A stretch of 64,000 bases of DNA from Balanoglossus misakiensis (lineage: Eukaryota > Animalia > Hemichordata). Where the stretch lies: assembly GCA_040954595.2 (NCBI GenBank), contig CM082590.2, forward strand, positions 3,720,001-3,784,000. The letters run 5' to 3'. Below, in pieces: positions 48,591 through 63,250 of this stretch. The position numbers and the translations under genes are program-made. The notes beneath the pieces are model-generated. The model worked only from the letters and a program-made list of their open reading frames with translations, did not search any database and was not told the origin of the DNA. The stretch's first letter is position 1; each line of letters starts with the position of its first letter.

Positions 48591-49264
48591 AAGGTGGCAT
48601 TCCATGAAAAGTTGTGACTTTTGCCAAATTTTACTTTTTTACATAAATCGGTAGGTCTAATACTGATCCACATTCTGACAAATGCGTCTTGGCGGAAATG
48701 GTGCATAATCACTTTTTCTGAATGAGTCCTCAGCTTAAGAAATAGTTGTCGAAAATGCAAATTGCCGTTTTTCTCAGTTTTCATTTTCGCTGCTTTTGAC
48801 AACTTCAGAAGAATTTAGCTTCGCTCTGCGTTGGCCGAATTTGCTCAAATTTTAACAGGGGATTGTGTATAACCCATCTAGCAATACGAAATTTGTTTAG
48901 TCGATAAAGTGTTCCTGGCGGGAATAAACTCGGATTCAATACAACTCACTGTGAATTTGATCAAATTTCCTAAAAATCTAACTTTCAAACGCTGTTACTC
49001 CTCAATGGAAGCAGATAACGCAAAACAAAAGTTTCTTTTTTGCTCGTTTTGAATGACATATTTAGATGCATGATGCATGATCAACTTTCTACCTAATTTC
49101 AATTGCATGACGTAATATAAAAAAAAATAGTTTTTTTAACCCCAAAACGCCACCATTTTCGGGGGTCATTAAAATGTGCAACTCAAACAAAAGTACAAAA
49201 ACTAAGCTTCCAGAATATGTATGGTTCATAGGGGTTTTAAAGTTGTCTTTGATGAGAAATAGGC
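48591..49264. mobile_element. Second, truncated copy of the 13845-14577 element
   Basis: AAGGTGGCATTCCATGAAAAGTTGTGA... is colinear with the first copy up to GATGAGAAATAGGC; the right TIR is missing. Confidence 0.85.
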
Positions 49265-51079
49265 ACCAAATATTACAAAATAAACATCACCATAAAAGTG
49301 TGGCATAAAGAATCTATCCCAGTACTATGGTGACGTCATTCTAAAATGCATGCTTGTTTTAAACTACCAAAATTATGTTGTTGTTTTTGACAGATACTGG
49401 CTTCGCTCAGACCAAATCGTTATCATACAACACCTGTATTTACTAATGTGTTAGTATTCTAACTGAATATGAGCCAGTATTTCCATTAATGAAAACACAT
49501 GCAGAAACGGGTTTTAACTGTTTGGCCGGAACTATTTTTGAGAAGTAACGTGCTTTATCATCACACTATGTTGTATGATATCCAAACCAGATGCAACTTT
49601 GTTTTGTTACAGATATAAAATAAGGCCGCATTATTTTGCAAAGACTCTAAACTCGTCGATCAAAATCACACTAACGCATAACGTGTGGCTAACGGACAGT
49701 ACGCATTTTCAGGACGTTCAGATCCTGGTCGCTCATAAATCATCCCGGCTGTATAGTCCAAAAATCCACAGACTGCAAACAAATGATTTTCCAGCCTATT
49801 TCTGAAAAAATGTCAATGCTTACTAAAATGTTGATATATCTTAGCCAGATTCCTCTGGAAACAACTTGCTACACAGCGGAGCGAATAAGGAGTGGACGAC
49901 CGTTCCCTTGCGAGCGACGCACGGGACAATGGACTCTAGTGGAAAGAAGGGTTGTACTGTAGGGTTATAGAATTTGTAATCTCTTTGTCAAAGCTTGCAG
50001 TCTTGCCATGTTGACCGTAACATTAGAACTTCGCCGGGATTTCACAATGCGAAATCATTGTAAAAATATATTATTTTGAAAGAAAGCAGAATATTTTTTT
50101 ATTTGAATGTGGAGCATCCCATTTGAATAATTTTACAGCCTACGTTGATCACCTGATCGATAAGTTACCAACATGGCTATACTCCAGCGACACCCACGCG
50201 ACAGGTTCACACATCTTGGCGTGAAATTGTTTATCTCAACGGGCGCATCTTTTCAAAGGATAGCGTTTTTTTAAAGGTATGCATGTATGTTTGACCGATA
50301 TCGCGCTGCATTCTGGTAATGTGACAATATTTTCACTCCTTGCTGCACAACTCAAAATATGAAAAACATGTGCATACATTAGCTGAATACAACGCGATAT
50401 TGGTAAAACTTGTTGTACTATCTCCTAAATAATGCCCATAATGTAATATGTAAATGGGTCTCTGAGGAAATGACGGTTGTAAAAGAAATGCTGGAGTGTC
50501 CAATGAATGTGTCGTTTAGGATAGACTCAGAAACGCGACAAAACCCCTTTGCAATGTAAACAAAAATGCCGACATGCACTCTGAACTCGCACCTGTAAAA
50601 CAAAAAAAAAGCAATAGTCGTCCATCATGAATAAAGATTATTCATAAAATAATATTGTAGAAGTTATGGATTTTAATTAAGAATACCTCTTGCCAACCTA
50701 CATCTTCTTTTCATAATCTCGAATAAATTCAATAATCCTTGTGGCATCATTTCCAACTTCCATAAACGAACTAATAATTGCAACATTAGCTAACTTTAGT
50801 CTTGAACTCAATTCCACTGGACGTCGACCTGCATACACGCTCAGAATAGCCATGGAACGACAGAGCAAACAACTTTGATAACAACGGAACTTTGTGTGGT
50901 TTCTCACTGTCCCCTGTTGCCCCGCACAAATGGAATTCAACAAAACCACTCGACACCATTTATTGCAACCAGTGTTTATTTTTACGCACATAAAATACCC
51001 CAGCTGTAATATATAAACATATAAAGCTATAAAATCTGAATCTTTTCCTCCCTATAAATGAATGTTATGCCAATCAGCC

Positions 51080-51236
51080 TAGTAATATAGAAATAATGGA
51101 CGACGCCCTGACCATAAACGTTTGTTTATGGGCAAGGGCGAGGGGAAAGCCAAAAATTCATGGGCGAGGCTTCCGAGCCCATGAATTTTGGCTTTACTCG
51201 ATCAGGGCGGAGTCGGTTATTTCCATTATATTACCA
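51080..51236. repeat. Imperfect ~157-bp palindrome
   Basis: Outer arms GTAATATA...TATATTAC; core AAAGCCAAAAATTCATGGGC...GCCCATGAATTTTGGCTTT. Confidence 0.7.
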
Positions 51237-52714
51237 ATGAAGTCAAGAAAAATTACATCACTGCAGTAATCTAATGAAAAGGCTTCCACAAAACATGTGA
51301 AATGATCTTCTGTTTGAAACAAACTTCAATATAGAGATCACAGAGTACACAGCACGAAACCACAGGCACATTTCAGTAAATACTTGTAAAGTGGGCTGAT
51401 CAGTATCTGTGCCAGTAGGTCTACGTTTGTAATAATTGCTGTTAGAGGACTTGTAAAATTGGTCAGATATAAGACATGTAAAAGAACAAGTGTGACTCCG
51501 GTCTGGTATTACAGGTGTGTATACAGTGATGTCATTTCTGACTGTATATAGTGCTGTGATCACATGACTGAATCAGTGGAGTGGAGTATGAATGCTACGT
51601 ACATGGTGTGTTCGTGTCTGTGTTGAATTGACAGGTCGTTCGGAAACATGGGTCCATTTAGCCTCGAATACAGGCACAGTTGTTTGTACATTGGTTACAA
51701 TTCTCTGTCGATATGGCTTTCCACGGTACTGTACATGACCTCTATTTGAAGTCTGTACAAACAGTGATTGGACAGGCAAATATTTGAGGCCCTGTCATGT
51801 TACTGTGTCTACAGCGCTTTATATAGTATAGCTGTCAGCCAAGCTGTTATATTAATTGTGAATGACCATCCCTATGCCTGCGTCACATTGAATGGACCCA
51901 TTTCGGGTCAAAGGTTATCCTTTTATATGCTGTCAATCCAGACTGCCCTATTTACAGATGCATTGTCAGAATGATTACAAAGTAACACAGGCAAATATTT
52001 CAACAGGTGATTTACCTGAGGTTGCTCATAAAATTATGCTTTTAATATACCAGCGAAAGAGTTTATACGTGTAACCAATACATTGAAAATAAAATGTCGT
52101 TCAGCAGAGACCAGGACTTCTCCGTCATTTTTGTCGCACGTACGTATATTCTGTTGAAGAAAATAATACATCAATAAGGCCACACATCAAGTAGGTTTAA
52201 TTGATTGACATTAAAATAATAAGGCTAACTGACTTGCCGCAAAGTTTTCGCATGATATTATAAATCATATGACACTACAGTAAAAGTCAATTGGTTTAAA
52301 TATGAATTAAAAATAAACTAGACTTACTTAGAGCAGTTGTTGTCACTGCCAGGTTTTATTGCATTTGATGTGAAGCGCCAGCATCCTAACATATAACGTA
52401 ATGTCGGCTACCTGGTCAAGTGAAATTCGAGGAACGTCACATTCCGATAAGAATAAGGAAATAAAAAATCGAGAATTTTGACAAAAATTAGTGACACTTA
52501 TAATTTGGCGCTTGGTAGGGGCATGAAAATATCATATTCATTTATTGTTTATTAAAATTCGTTTAATTGCGAAATGAGAACATTTCGTAAGTCAGGTTTA
52601 TGACTATGCGTACGGGTCACAATCCCGTCGGTAGGTTTGATGTGAAGACCATTCAAACAGTATTGCAGTATTTGTGAGCTATTAAACTTTCCCGCTTTGT
52701 TTTGTGCTTTTGTT

Positions 52715-55700
52715 AACTGGTACGGTGCGCCATGTGTATCCGATAGGCTGCAGTTGTATGCAATGTTAACTTGGTTTGTGAACAATAGGACAAATATGTA
52801 CATTTTTATTATAAATACTTGAATATTTTCATGTTAAGAAGAGTTTGGCTTTCCCCTCACAGACCTTCATTGACGATCTCCGGGCATAGGCGGACAGCCC
52901 TGGAAGCATTCACTTCAAGTTTTACACTTGTACACAAAAGTTAAAACACTGCAACTTAAGTCGCAAACTCAGTACACTCAACATAGATTTCTAAATGACA
53001 CGCCATCAAAACGATTGGATCTGCATACACAGTCACGACACTAACTCAGTGACAGTCTAATGCAACCAACTTCATAGCAACGGCATTGATAACAAACACC
53101 ACTTGGCAGGATTTATTGCTGTCAACGTCTGCCTTGCACGAATGAACTTCGAGCGAAACCACTCGACACTATTTACTGTAACCAGTGTTTGTCTTTGCAG
53201 ACGCAAAAAAAACCTTCCAGCTAAATATAAAGACATACAGTTTAATGGCTGTCAGAACCACGTCAAACAGTCTCAGACAGGTCAGCCCAAGTTTGGATTT
53301 CCATCCGAGTACTACTGTAGTCCCCTCTCTGGGCGCACACAAAGTCAATCGGATACAACGCCCTCACATGTCCAATGTTGTCAATGAAGATAAAGCATTG
53401 CTAGCAGTTATCATAGCCGTAGAGAATGGCATACACCTGGATTTGATTGCATTTGGAGTCAGTGAGACTCTTTGTGTGCCAGTGTCAATTGTATCATGTT
53501 CATCAGCACCATGTACACTCGTACATTTTGACTACAATTTAATACACCATTGACCAGCCTCAATAAAACTGTCAGCCACTTCTTTTGTATTGCTCTTATC
53601 AGCGCTCCCCCTTTGGTTCAATGTAAACAAACGCGGAGGATATCTTTGCCAACACATGACTACTTTATAATAATAACATTCTCAAATTTGACCTTCAATA
53701 TATGACGTTTGGGACTATGTACATTAGGGTTTTTGTTGTTGAGGATAAACTGGTATGGTGTGCCATGTGTATCCGATAGGCTTCAGTTGTATGAAATATT
53801 AACTTGGTTTGTGAACAATAGGGCAAATATGTAGTTTTTTATTATAAATACATTTATCACAAAAACCGGCCCTGATCACCAGCTGTGTGATGTAGACCAG
53901 GACAGATCAAAAATCCAGATCACCCCTGTGTTACCTCATCAACCGCAACTATTTCCACCGATTCGCCGTAGCTTTGTTGTCAAACAGAAACAGTACGTGT
54001 AGCGCGCGGCATTTACAATTCAGAAATGAAATAAAGAAATGACGGTTCCATGACAATATTGCTTTGTAAGCTCAAAACAGAAAGGTGGAATTTGGAAAGA
54101 AGACAGTCGACGCAACGATCATAGACGATCGTGGCTGTCAAAGTTTTGGGTCAGGTACACATAGCCTAGGCTAGGCGCAAGTCCGGTACGTTCCGAGTCG
54201 AATCAGTGTGGGGAATTGTTTCGAGCCAGTTCAGCGTGACGACTGAACCTCTCTATTCCACCTGTCAACGAAATGTATAAGACGTGGCAACAGGTTGCAG
54301 TAAAATTGTTAGAGAATCGATTACATTTGTGTAAGGCTGAACTTCGAGCGAACGGAACTCAACGACTTGTTGGGAGATTTTGTGAATGATCAGCGATAGT
54401 TCATCATTTGCGTATATGCAAATGATGAACTATCGCTGATCATTCATAAAATCTCCCAACATATATCTCGTGGGGGGAAATAATCCTGCTCAGTAAAAAT
54501 ACGACGCCGCTCCAACATTGTTGCAAGATACTGAATTTTTTTAGTAATGCCTCTTCTAACGAACAATAAGAAGACTGTTCATGTGATAAATATATAATCC
54601 CATGATATCTTTCTTTGTTTAACGTCATCGTATACTCGTGGTTTTCGCGGAAGCGTACAACTTCTCGCCTGCAGCTCGAAGTTGCATTGCTCCGCGAAAA
54701 CCACTCGTATACGATGACGTCAAACAAAGAAAGATATCATGGGATTATATGTAAGTATATTTTCATGTTAAGAAGAGTTCGGATTTCCCCTCAGAGACCT
54801 TCCTTGACAATCTCCGGGCATAGGCGGACAGCCCTGCAAGCATTCACTTCATTTCAAACGTGTACACAAAAACTAAATCATTGCAAATTAACTCTCGAAC
54901 TCAGTACACTCAACACAGATTTCTAAATGACACGCCTTCAAAACGATTGGATCTGCATACACAGTCACGACACTAACTTAGTGACAGTCTAAAGCAAACA
55001 ACTTCATATCAACCGCATTGATAACAAACACCACTTGGCAGGATTTATTATCTGTCAACGTCTGCCTTGCACGAATGATCTTTGACCGAAACCACTCGAC
55101 ACTATTTACTGTAACCAGTGTTTGTCTTTGCAGACGCAATAAACCCTTCCAGCTAAATATAAAGACATACAGTTTTATAGCTGTCAGAACCACGTCAAAC
55201 AGTATCAGACAGGTCAGCCCAAGTTTGGATTTCCATCCGAGTACTACTGTAGTCCCCTCTCTGGGCGCACACAAAGTCAATCGGATACAACGTTCTCACA
55301 TGTTCAATGTTGTCAAGTGAGATAAAGCATTGCTAGCAGTTATCATAGCCGTAGAGAATGGCATACACCTGGATTTGATTACATTTGGAGTCAGTGAGAC
55401 TCTTTGTGTGCCAGTGTCAATTGTATCATGTTCATCAGCACCATGTACACTCGTACATTTTGACTACAATTTAATACACCATTGACCAGCCTCAATAAAA
55501 CTGTCAGCCACTTCTTTTGTATTGCTCTTATCAGCGCTCCCCCGTTGGTTCAATGTACACGAACGCGGAGGATATCTTTGCCAACACATAACTACTTTAT
55601 AATAATAACATTCTCAAATTTGACCTTCAATATATGACGTTTGGGACTATGTACATTAGGGTTTTTGTTGTTGAGGATAAACTGGTATGGTGTGCCATGT

Positions 55701-57570
55701 GTATCTGATAGGCTTCAGTTGTATGAAATATTAACTTGGTTTGTGAACAATAGGGCAAATATGTAGTTTTTTATTATAAATACATTTATCACATAAACCG
55801 GCCCTGATCACCAGCTGTGTGATGTAGACCAGGACAGATCAAAAATCCAGATCACCCCTGTGTTACCTCATCAACCGCAACTATTTCCACCGATTCGCCG
55901 TAGCTTTGTTGTCAAACAGAAACAGTACGTGTAGCGCGCGGCATTTACAATTCAGAAATGAAATAAAGAAATGACGGTTCCATGACAATATTGCTTTGTA
56001 AGCTCAAAACAGAAAGGTGGAATTTGGAAAGAAGACAGTCGACGCAACGATCATAGACGATCGTGGCTGTCAAAGTTTTGGGTCAGGTACACATAGCCTA
56101 GGCTAGGCGCAAGTCCGGTACGTTCCGAGTCGAATCAGTGTGGGGAATTGTTTCGAGCCAGTTCAGCGTGACGACTGAACCTCTCTATTCCACCTGTCAA
56201 CGAAATGTATAAGACGTGGCAACAGGTTGCAGTAAAATTGTTAGAGAATCGATTACATTTGTGTAAGGCTGAACTTCGAGCGAACGGAACTCAACGACTT
56301 GTTGGGAGATTTTGTGAATGATCAGCGATAGTTCATCATTTGCGTATATGCAAATGATGAACTATCGCTGATCATTCATAAAATCTCCCAACATATATCT
56401 CGTGGGGGGAAATAATCCTGCTCAGTAAAAATACGACGCCGCTCCAACATTGTTGCAAGATACTGAATTTTTTTAGTAATGCCTCTTCTAACGAACAATA
56501 AGAAGACTGTTCATGTGATAAATATATAATCCCATGATATCTTTCTTTGTTTAACGTCATCGTATACTCGTGGTTTTCGCGGAAGCGTACAACTTCTCGC
56601 CTGCAGCTCGAAGTTGCATTGCTCCGCGAAAACCACTCGTATACGATGACGTCAAACAAAGAAAGATATCATGGGATTATATGTAAGTATATTTTCATGT
56701 TAAGAAGAGTTCGGATTTCCCCTCAGAGACCTTCCTTGACAATCTCCGGGCATAGGCGGACAGCCCTGCAAGCATTCACTTCATTTCAAACGTGTACACA
56801 AAAACTAAATCATTGCAAATTAACTCTCGAACTCAGTACACTCAACACAGATTTCTAAATAACACGCCATCAAAACGATTGGATCTGCATACACAGTCAC
56901 GACACTAACTTAGTGACAGTCTAAAGCAACCAACTTCATATCAACCGCATTGATAACAAACACCACTTGGCAGGATTTATTATCTGTCAACGTCTGCCTT
57001 GCACGAATGATCTTTGACCAAAACCACTCGACACTATTTACTGTAACCAGTGTTTGTCTTTGCAGACGCAATAAACCCTTCCAGCTAAATATAAAGACAT
57101 ACAGTTTTATAGCTGTCAGAACCACGTCAAACAGTATCAGACAGGTCAGCCCAAGTTTGGATTTCCATCCGAGTACTACTGTAGTCCCCTCTCTGGGCGC
57201 ACACAAAGTCAATCGGATACAACGCCCTCACATGTTCAATGTTGTCAAGTGAGATAAAGCATTGCTAGCAGTTATCATAGCCGTAGAGAATGGCATACAC
57301 CTGGATTTGATTACATTTGGAGTCAGTGAGACTCTTTGTGTGCCAGTGTCAATTGTATCATGTTCATCAGCACCATGTACACTCGTACATTTTGACTACA
57401 ATTTAATACACCATTGACCAGCCTTAATAAAACTGTCAGCCACTTCTTTTGTATTGCTCTTATCAGCGCTCCCCCGTTGGTTCAATGTACACGAACGCGG
57501 AGGATATCTTTGCCATCACATAACTACTTTATATAACATTCTCAAATTTGACCTTCAATATATGACATTT
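52715..57570. repeat. Tandem duplication, period 1932 bp (~2.5 units)
   Basis: Identical ORFs at 54440 and 56372, and at 54615 and 56547. The second and third units are nearly identical; the first is more diverged. Confidence 0.95.
53851..54750. mobile_element. ~900-bp hairpin-bearing insertion, duplicated at 55783-56682
   Basis: Absent at the paralogous site 52810-52830. Segment bounded by ATTTATCACA...TGTGATAAAT, plus a terminal 159-bp palindrome (54592-54750) and an internal 94-bp palindrome (54368-54461). Confidence 0.75.
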
Positions 57571-60500
57571 GTAGATTAGGTATTGTTGTTGTTTAGGATA
57601 TTCCGATCTGATGGTTCGGAATTAATTTTCATACAGTCTTGTAATTAGAAGCTGTGCTCCTTGAGAATTAAACATAGTTTGTTCTATTTGCTTAACCCGT
57701 ATAGACGTTGACCAAAACAATTCCACCACTATCAAGAAGTATACAAATACTTTACAACCAGATCGCGATAAAGTCAGGAATTAGCTAGAGTTCATACAGC
57801 TGTTTGACATGCATCATCGCAACCACGGCCCCTCTAAGGACACTAGTTCCACGTTGGCAGAAGAGGCCGTATTTATGAATCGAACTCTATCCAATCAAAA
57901 CGTGTTTCTCAAAATTGTGTTCATATGTAAATTAAATCCCTTCTTTGCCTAGCCGACTATTATTCTATTTGAACTGCAGATCGCTGTCCTGCGTGAGTGT
58001 TGGGTTATTGATGGTCATTTGCTGCTTTTTCGGCGACGGTGTAAATCACAGTCGAGGAGTCGAGTAGTGACCGTGTGTTTATGCATGTGTTCGTGTCCGC
58101 TTATTGACCGGAGACTCTAGTGGATTCGAAAAGGCCTGGCTGACAAAAGGACACCACTTGAACCAGTCAGTACACAGTAAACTATGACATGTTAAATAGC
58201 TCCATGAGTATACACATGTATTACAGTAGACTACATCTGGGACACACCGCACTGACTACATGATCGTGTGTCTGCATCGCCACGGAATTACAATTTACAT
58301 ACATGTAAAATTTAAAGCTTGAAACGTTGAACAATTTTGAAACATACGTAGAGTATTTTGGTCCGGCAACACCGTGTGTGTTCTGGAGAAGATATTGACT
58401 ACACTGTTATCATAACGTCACACTAACCTTTGTCCTTACTGACCCACGTACAGTTGTCTTCTTATAGGGAGAAAACAATCTTCTACACCATTTTATCAAT
58501 TAATCAATACAAGATTTTGACACCAATGTTACAATTTCAGGCTGTCGAGTGTTGCTAAACGATGCCCGTTAAATTCACTACTGACCGCCGCCACAGTTTA
58601 CAAGCATTGGACGTTGTGTGCGTCTCTCGTTCGTTCATGCAGTGACACGCGTGAGGGCGAGAACATTACTTTAATGCTGTAATAATGTACATGTGCTTCA
58701 AGTCAAATCTGACACGACCTTTAGTTAAGTGTCCGTAAGAAATGTTAACGTTTCTTGGTTAAAGTATGTGTAGGTCTATTCTAATCAGCGAGGGTTACAT
58801 TTTGCCAACTTCCCCAAAACAATATCATCGAAAGGTTCATACAAAATATTTCATGCACCGACGCATGCGTACTTGAGCATCATGCCTTGAAGAGACACTT
58901 TCATGGGGAAGGGATTAGCACTGTTAAGAAAATATTTTAGAAAGTGCCTGTTACAAAAGAAGGTGATGTTAAAGTTTAATAATTACATATGATGTCGCTT
59001 TTTGAATCGCTAGAAATTTGAAACACAAACACACAAGCACTGGTTGGTCATAATTGCTCGGAGAATTGATGTTGTGCAATTTTCACAGGAGAAGAAATTG
59101 AGTGAATTGATATTTACCGGAAAAAGTCACAGCGCAGCCGGCGACAGGAATTGATTTTACTTGTTCAGTATTAAATTAAACTTGTTCGCTGCCTGATGGG
59201 GGCGCTGCACTACACAAAGGTTTGTTGTTTAATCCAAGCTCCGGAAAATCAGCCAAATAAAAAGTTATCGGCACCCAAACTAGATCTGCTCATACTTTGT
59301 GAGAGAGTGGTTCGATTCACCACATCAAAGAAAACATAACGATAGAGTCTGAAACGGCTGCACAACTTAAGTACATCATGGCGAACAATTATTCTCCGCA
59401 CATATGTCATCGATAGCCTTAATTAACAACTGTGGAAAAGGCAGTCGGTGTTATCCTTCTAATGGCTTCTGTTGCACTTTATCAATCATTCTGGAGAGTA
59501 CAACAGTGGATAATAAAATATTGGGATCACCACTCTTGTTTTTAAAATACAAGGCCGGGAATATAGTCTATAATTGGAGGAAACTACCAAGCTAGCATTT
59601 GTTCGCCAATGGTTTGTCGATTGGCAAAACACATCGTCGCAGTCGATTGGCAAAACACATCGTCGCAAACCACGGCCCTTTTACGGCAGCGCTCTGCTCC
59701 CCGCAAAAAGGCCGTGGTATAATACGGCCATGTATTCAGTATTTGGTCTAGGCGCTTTCATAGTACATCCAACAACCAATCAGATTGCTTGTTATATCCC
59801 ATTCACGCATCTCATTACATCTCATTCTAAACAACATGGCGGCTTCCAGTGGCAGTGCTCTGAGAAGTGCTCTTGTCCCAGCTCTCCTTGAGAGACGGGC
59901 TTTGATTGGCCAGATTATAATGATGTCATCTCATGAATATGCATTACCAATATGTTCAAATACCAGCGCGGTACTCCATTTTAACCAGAGTACGTGATTT
60001 CGATAGTGAACGAAAGAAATCCGTAGTCTGGTGGGGCGAGAATGGCAAAACATTATTGAATTATATCTCAAAGTATATTGCTGTAACCATACGCTTTTAT
60101 TTGACCACTGAATATAATAATTGTATTTGACTGAGCTACAATTTCATGAAAATGACAATAGTAACATCAATTGTTCTAGCAAAGCTCAATGAAAACTTTC
60201 GGGAAGAAAAAAAATGTGCACACATGTGCGCAGTTTACAGGTTTACATTGTGCGCGTACACACACACTGTAATCATATGAGAAACTCATTCAATTGTAAC
60301 AAACATCTAGTGCTTTATCATTAAATGTAAATTTTGGTGACACAAGTTGTTTCTCTTCATCTCTATTTTAGTTGAAGGATCAGTCTGGTGTCCTATACAT
60401 ATCAGGATTTGTGCAGCAACCCATCACATTGGGGAACAACCTATCGGCACATAACCATCCAAGACCTTATATTGGGTCTGTCAAAAGCATCTTTAAAGTG

Positions 60501-60787
60501 GAAATACTACAAACTGTGTCACAATATGCAGTTTCTTGGTGTGTTCATAGGAGTATTCCAAGACGTATATAAAATATCAGTAGGAGGAGAGAGATAACAC
60601 CAGTTAAACAAAATAATATAGTGATCAGTTCAACTGCGAACTAGTTGGGCTGTTAACCAAAAACGGGCACTTTCAATTTGGATGCAACATGACAGCGCCC
60701 ACTTGCATTTTGGGTTAAAAACATGAAACTTGGTACAGTTATGCATTGACCCATGACGGACATTTTCCAATATGGATCCAACATAGA

Positions 60788-60805
60788 AGCGCCCTCTAGT
60801 GGCCA
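60788..60805 (-). promoter_or_regulatory. CTCF-consensus motif
   Basis: The reverse complement TGGCCACTAGAGGGCGCT matches the CCASYAGRKGGCRS core. It lies between two short direct repeats. Confidence 0.4.
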
Positions 60806-62814
60806 GAAACATACAATCATTCTTTAAAATCGTGCACTTTGGGTTAAAAGCATGAAACTTTGTACAGTTATGCATTGAACCATGTCATTTCACATGCGAC
60901 TATTCTATAAAGTGTACAAAATGCATGTATTTACGTCTGATCACAGGTATCAAGCGAAATGTTTATTTTGTTAAAACAGTAACGACAAGCTTCTGAGAAA
61001 GATTCGTTAGAATTTACAAATTACAAATTAGATTCACAATCTATGGGTCTATAGGTTTGGCAATTGTGTATCTGACTGTAGACAGATGACTCGTTTTCAG
61101 ATTTGGGAAATTACAATGTATGAAATTGAACATTTGTATGTTATTTAATTTCGCCGATTTATTATCACTGACCTCTTCAAATAGATATTTTTTTTTATTT
61201 TCTTGAGAAAGGACGTACATTTTTATAGGAGATTCTGACAAGGCATTGAAAGTATTGTTTTGGGTTTTGTCCGTGTTGTCACCTTTGGCGAGTACATGGA
61301 CCTTGAAGTCTTTTGCGATTGCCATCCTGTTGTCTTTGTGGTTGTTTTAGCATGACAAAAAAAAATCGCGTCCAAGACACAGTGGTTCCATTTAGTGATT
61401 ACGCAAGAAACAAGTCTACGCCGGAGCGTAAACGAAATATGTCCCTCTGTCCAAGCAATCCAAATATTTTTTTCCAGTTTATTTGCATTTGTGTATAACT
61501 CAGCCTACTGTGATCCAGGAATTTCAAAAGTTTTAACGATGGTCCAGTAAGCATCGCTTGCAAATATTTGCATCTATCCACCTTCTCAGGTTATGCAACT
61601 CACAAAAATGTCGAAATCACCATACCAAAAATTGGATGTGCATTTGTAGGCAGAAAACCTGGTAAATTGTGCTAAAGTTCCATGTTTGACCATATGATAC
61701 CTCCTACAACTTTGTTCACATTTGCAACTTTACATAGACATTTGCCATACAAGGTGCAAAGGCAAATTCATTACTTAAATAGGTATGTAAAACATTTGAA
61801 TATTTGTTGCACTGTATCACTGCTTTGTCTACCATTTGTATTGGCATATACTTCAGGTGCTGCATCTACTATGCAAATCAGACCACATTCAAATAACATA
61901 CTAGAGGTAAAGTATAGAGGAAATGTAGCTCTACAAATATTATCTGAACAAATGTAGCGGAACGTAATTAATTTTCTACCCTCACTTCACACATTACACA
62001 AACACAGGGGTCTCAGTTGTGTACATGTGGCCATAGTAACCTCAAATATCGCCTTGGCAATTGCCGGTCACATGTGTACATTTTTCTACCCTCTACAGCA
62101 GTAGCTTTCATTACATAACCACAGGGGTCACAGTTGTGTACAAGTGGTTATAGTACCCTCTAATATCGCCGTGGCAAGTGGCAGTTACATCTGTACATTT
62201 TTTCAGAGACTTTCATCAGACAGACAGAATCATGAAGCCGACACTCTCAATCACACAAACTGATGCAACAGACAATCGCACCACTCCAAAAGTTATGCAA
62301 AGACAGTCAGATAGATCACTGTTTCATTATATTAATTGCAAATGGAAGAAAAAAAAATGTAGTGTAAAATGTAAAGTGTGGCCAACCTAAAAGAGATGTA
62401 CACATTTTTTTGAAGAATCTGTTCTCCACACTCTAACGGGATATATTAAGAAATCTGTAGCAGTTAAATTCGCTCAAGATGTTTTGGGCTCTGAAGACTC
62501 TCGATACAGGAGATCTTCTCTTATCCTAGCTCATTGGTGTACACTTGCAGGGAGAGTTGTATTGCGGTAAGCAATATGCAATGATGTGTGTGCAACTCTT
62601 CAGCCAGTGTTTTTGCTAAAAGTTGAAGAACATTAGTACTAGTATTGAGAACCCCAGTAACATTGCCATCATCCCAAAAGAGGCCTGCTTTGATATAAAC
62701 GGGGAACCCCAGCAAAATTTGGGGAACTCTGTAAGATTTTACCTACATTATTTTTGCTTTTTATTTCAACTACAGTTTCTAGGTTGAATCCCTGAACCTT
62801 GATGAAGCACTATG

Positions 62815-63250
62815 AGGTTATTACGAAAATACCGCAAAGTATGCATGAGGACATTAGCGCTCAGTATCGCCCGACACGCAGCGGAGGGCGATGCGCTGCG
62901 CTAATGTCCGAGTGCATACTTTGCGGTATTTTCGTAATAACCTTATTATATCTCCGTTAGTTCTTGTGTTGCATGTTACTTGGCTTTCAAAACGCCAAAA
63001 ATGCTGATACAATCGATCGAAAACTGCTCAGTTGACTCAGTGAGCAGCCATCTTTGTTTTGTGTTTACGTGTGCGCACGTGCGTTGGAGTGGGGGCTCCT
63101 TGAAACCGTCCGCATAACAACGCATACCTGTACACGGTGAGTTGGGACGCTTGAAACTTAAGACTTATTTAACACGCGTTCCGTACGTACCGTTCTGTAC
63201 GGCTTTTTAGCGCACACTTTCTATTGTTCTCAGTGCCAGATGTATAATAA
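62815..63250. mobile_element. Hairpin-plus-TIR element with the same layout as 53851-54750
   Basis: 129-bp palindrome AGGTTATTACGAAAATACCGCAAAGTATGCA...TGCATACTTTGCGGTATTTTCGTAATAACCT, directly followed by a segment bounded by TTATTATATCT...AGATGTATAATAA. Confidence 0.65.

Noticed and set aside
53103-57252. Repeated 95-122-aa ORFs as a gene family
   Set aside because: They arise from palindromes and the tandem duplication, and the frames are not conserved between diverged units.
60372-62715. Short ORFs at 60372-60597, 61041-61581 and 62521-62715
   Set aside because: No identifiable domain or consistent exon chain.
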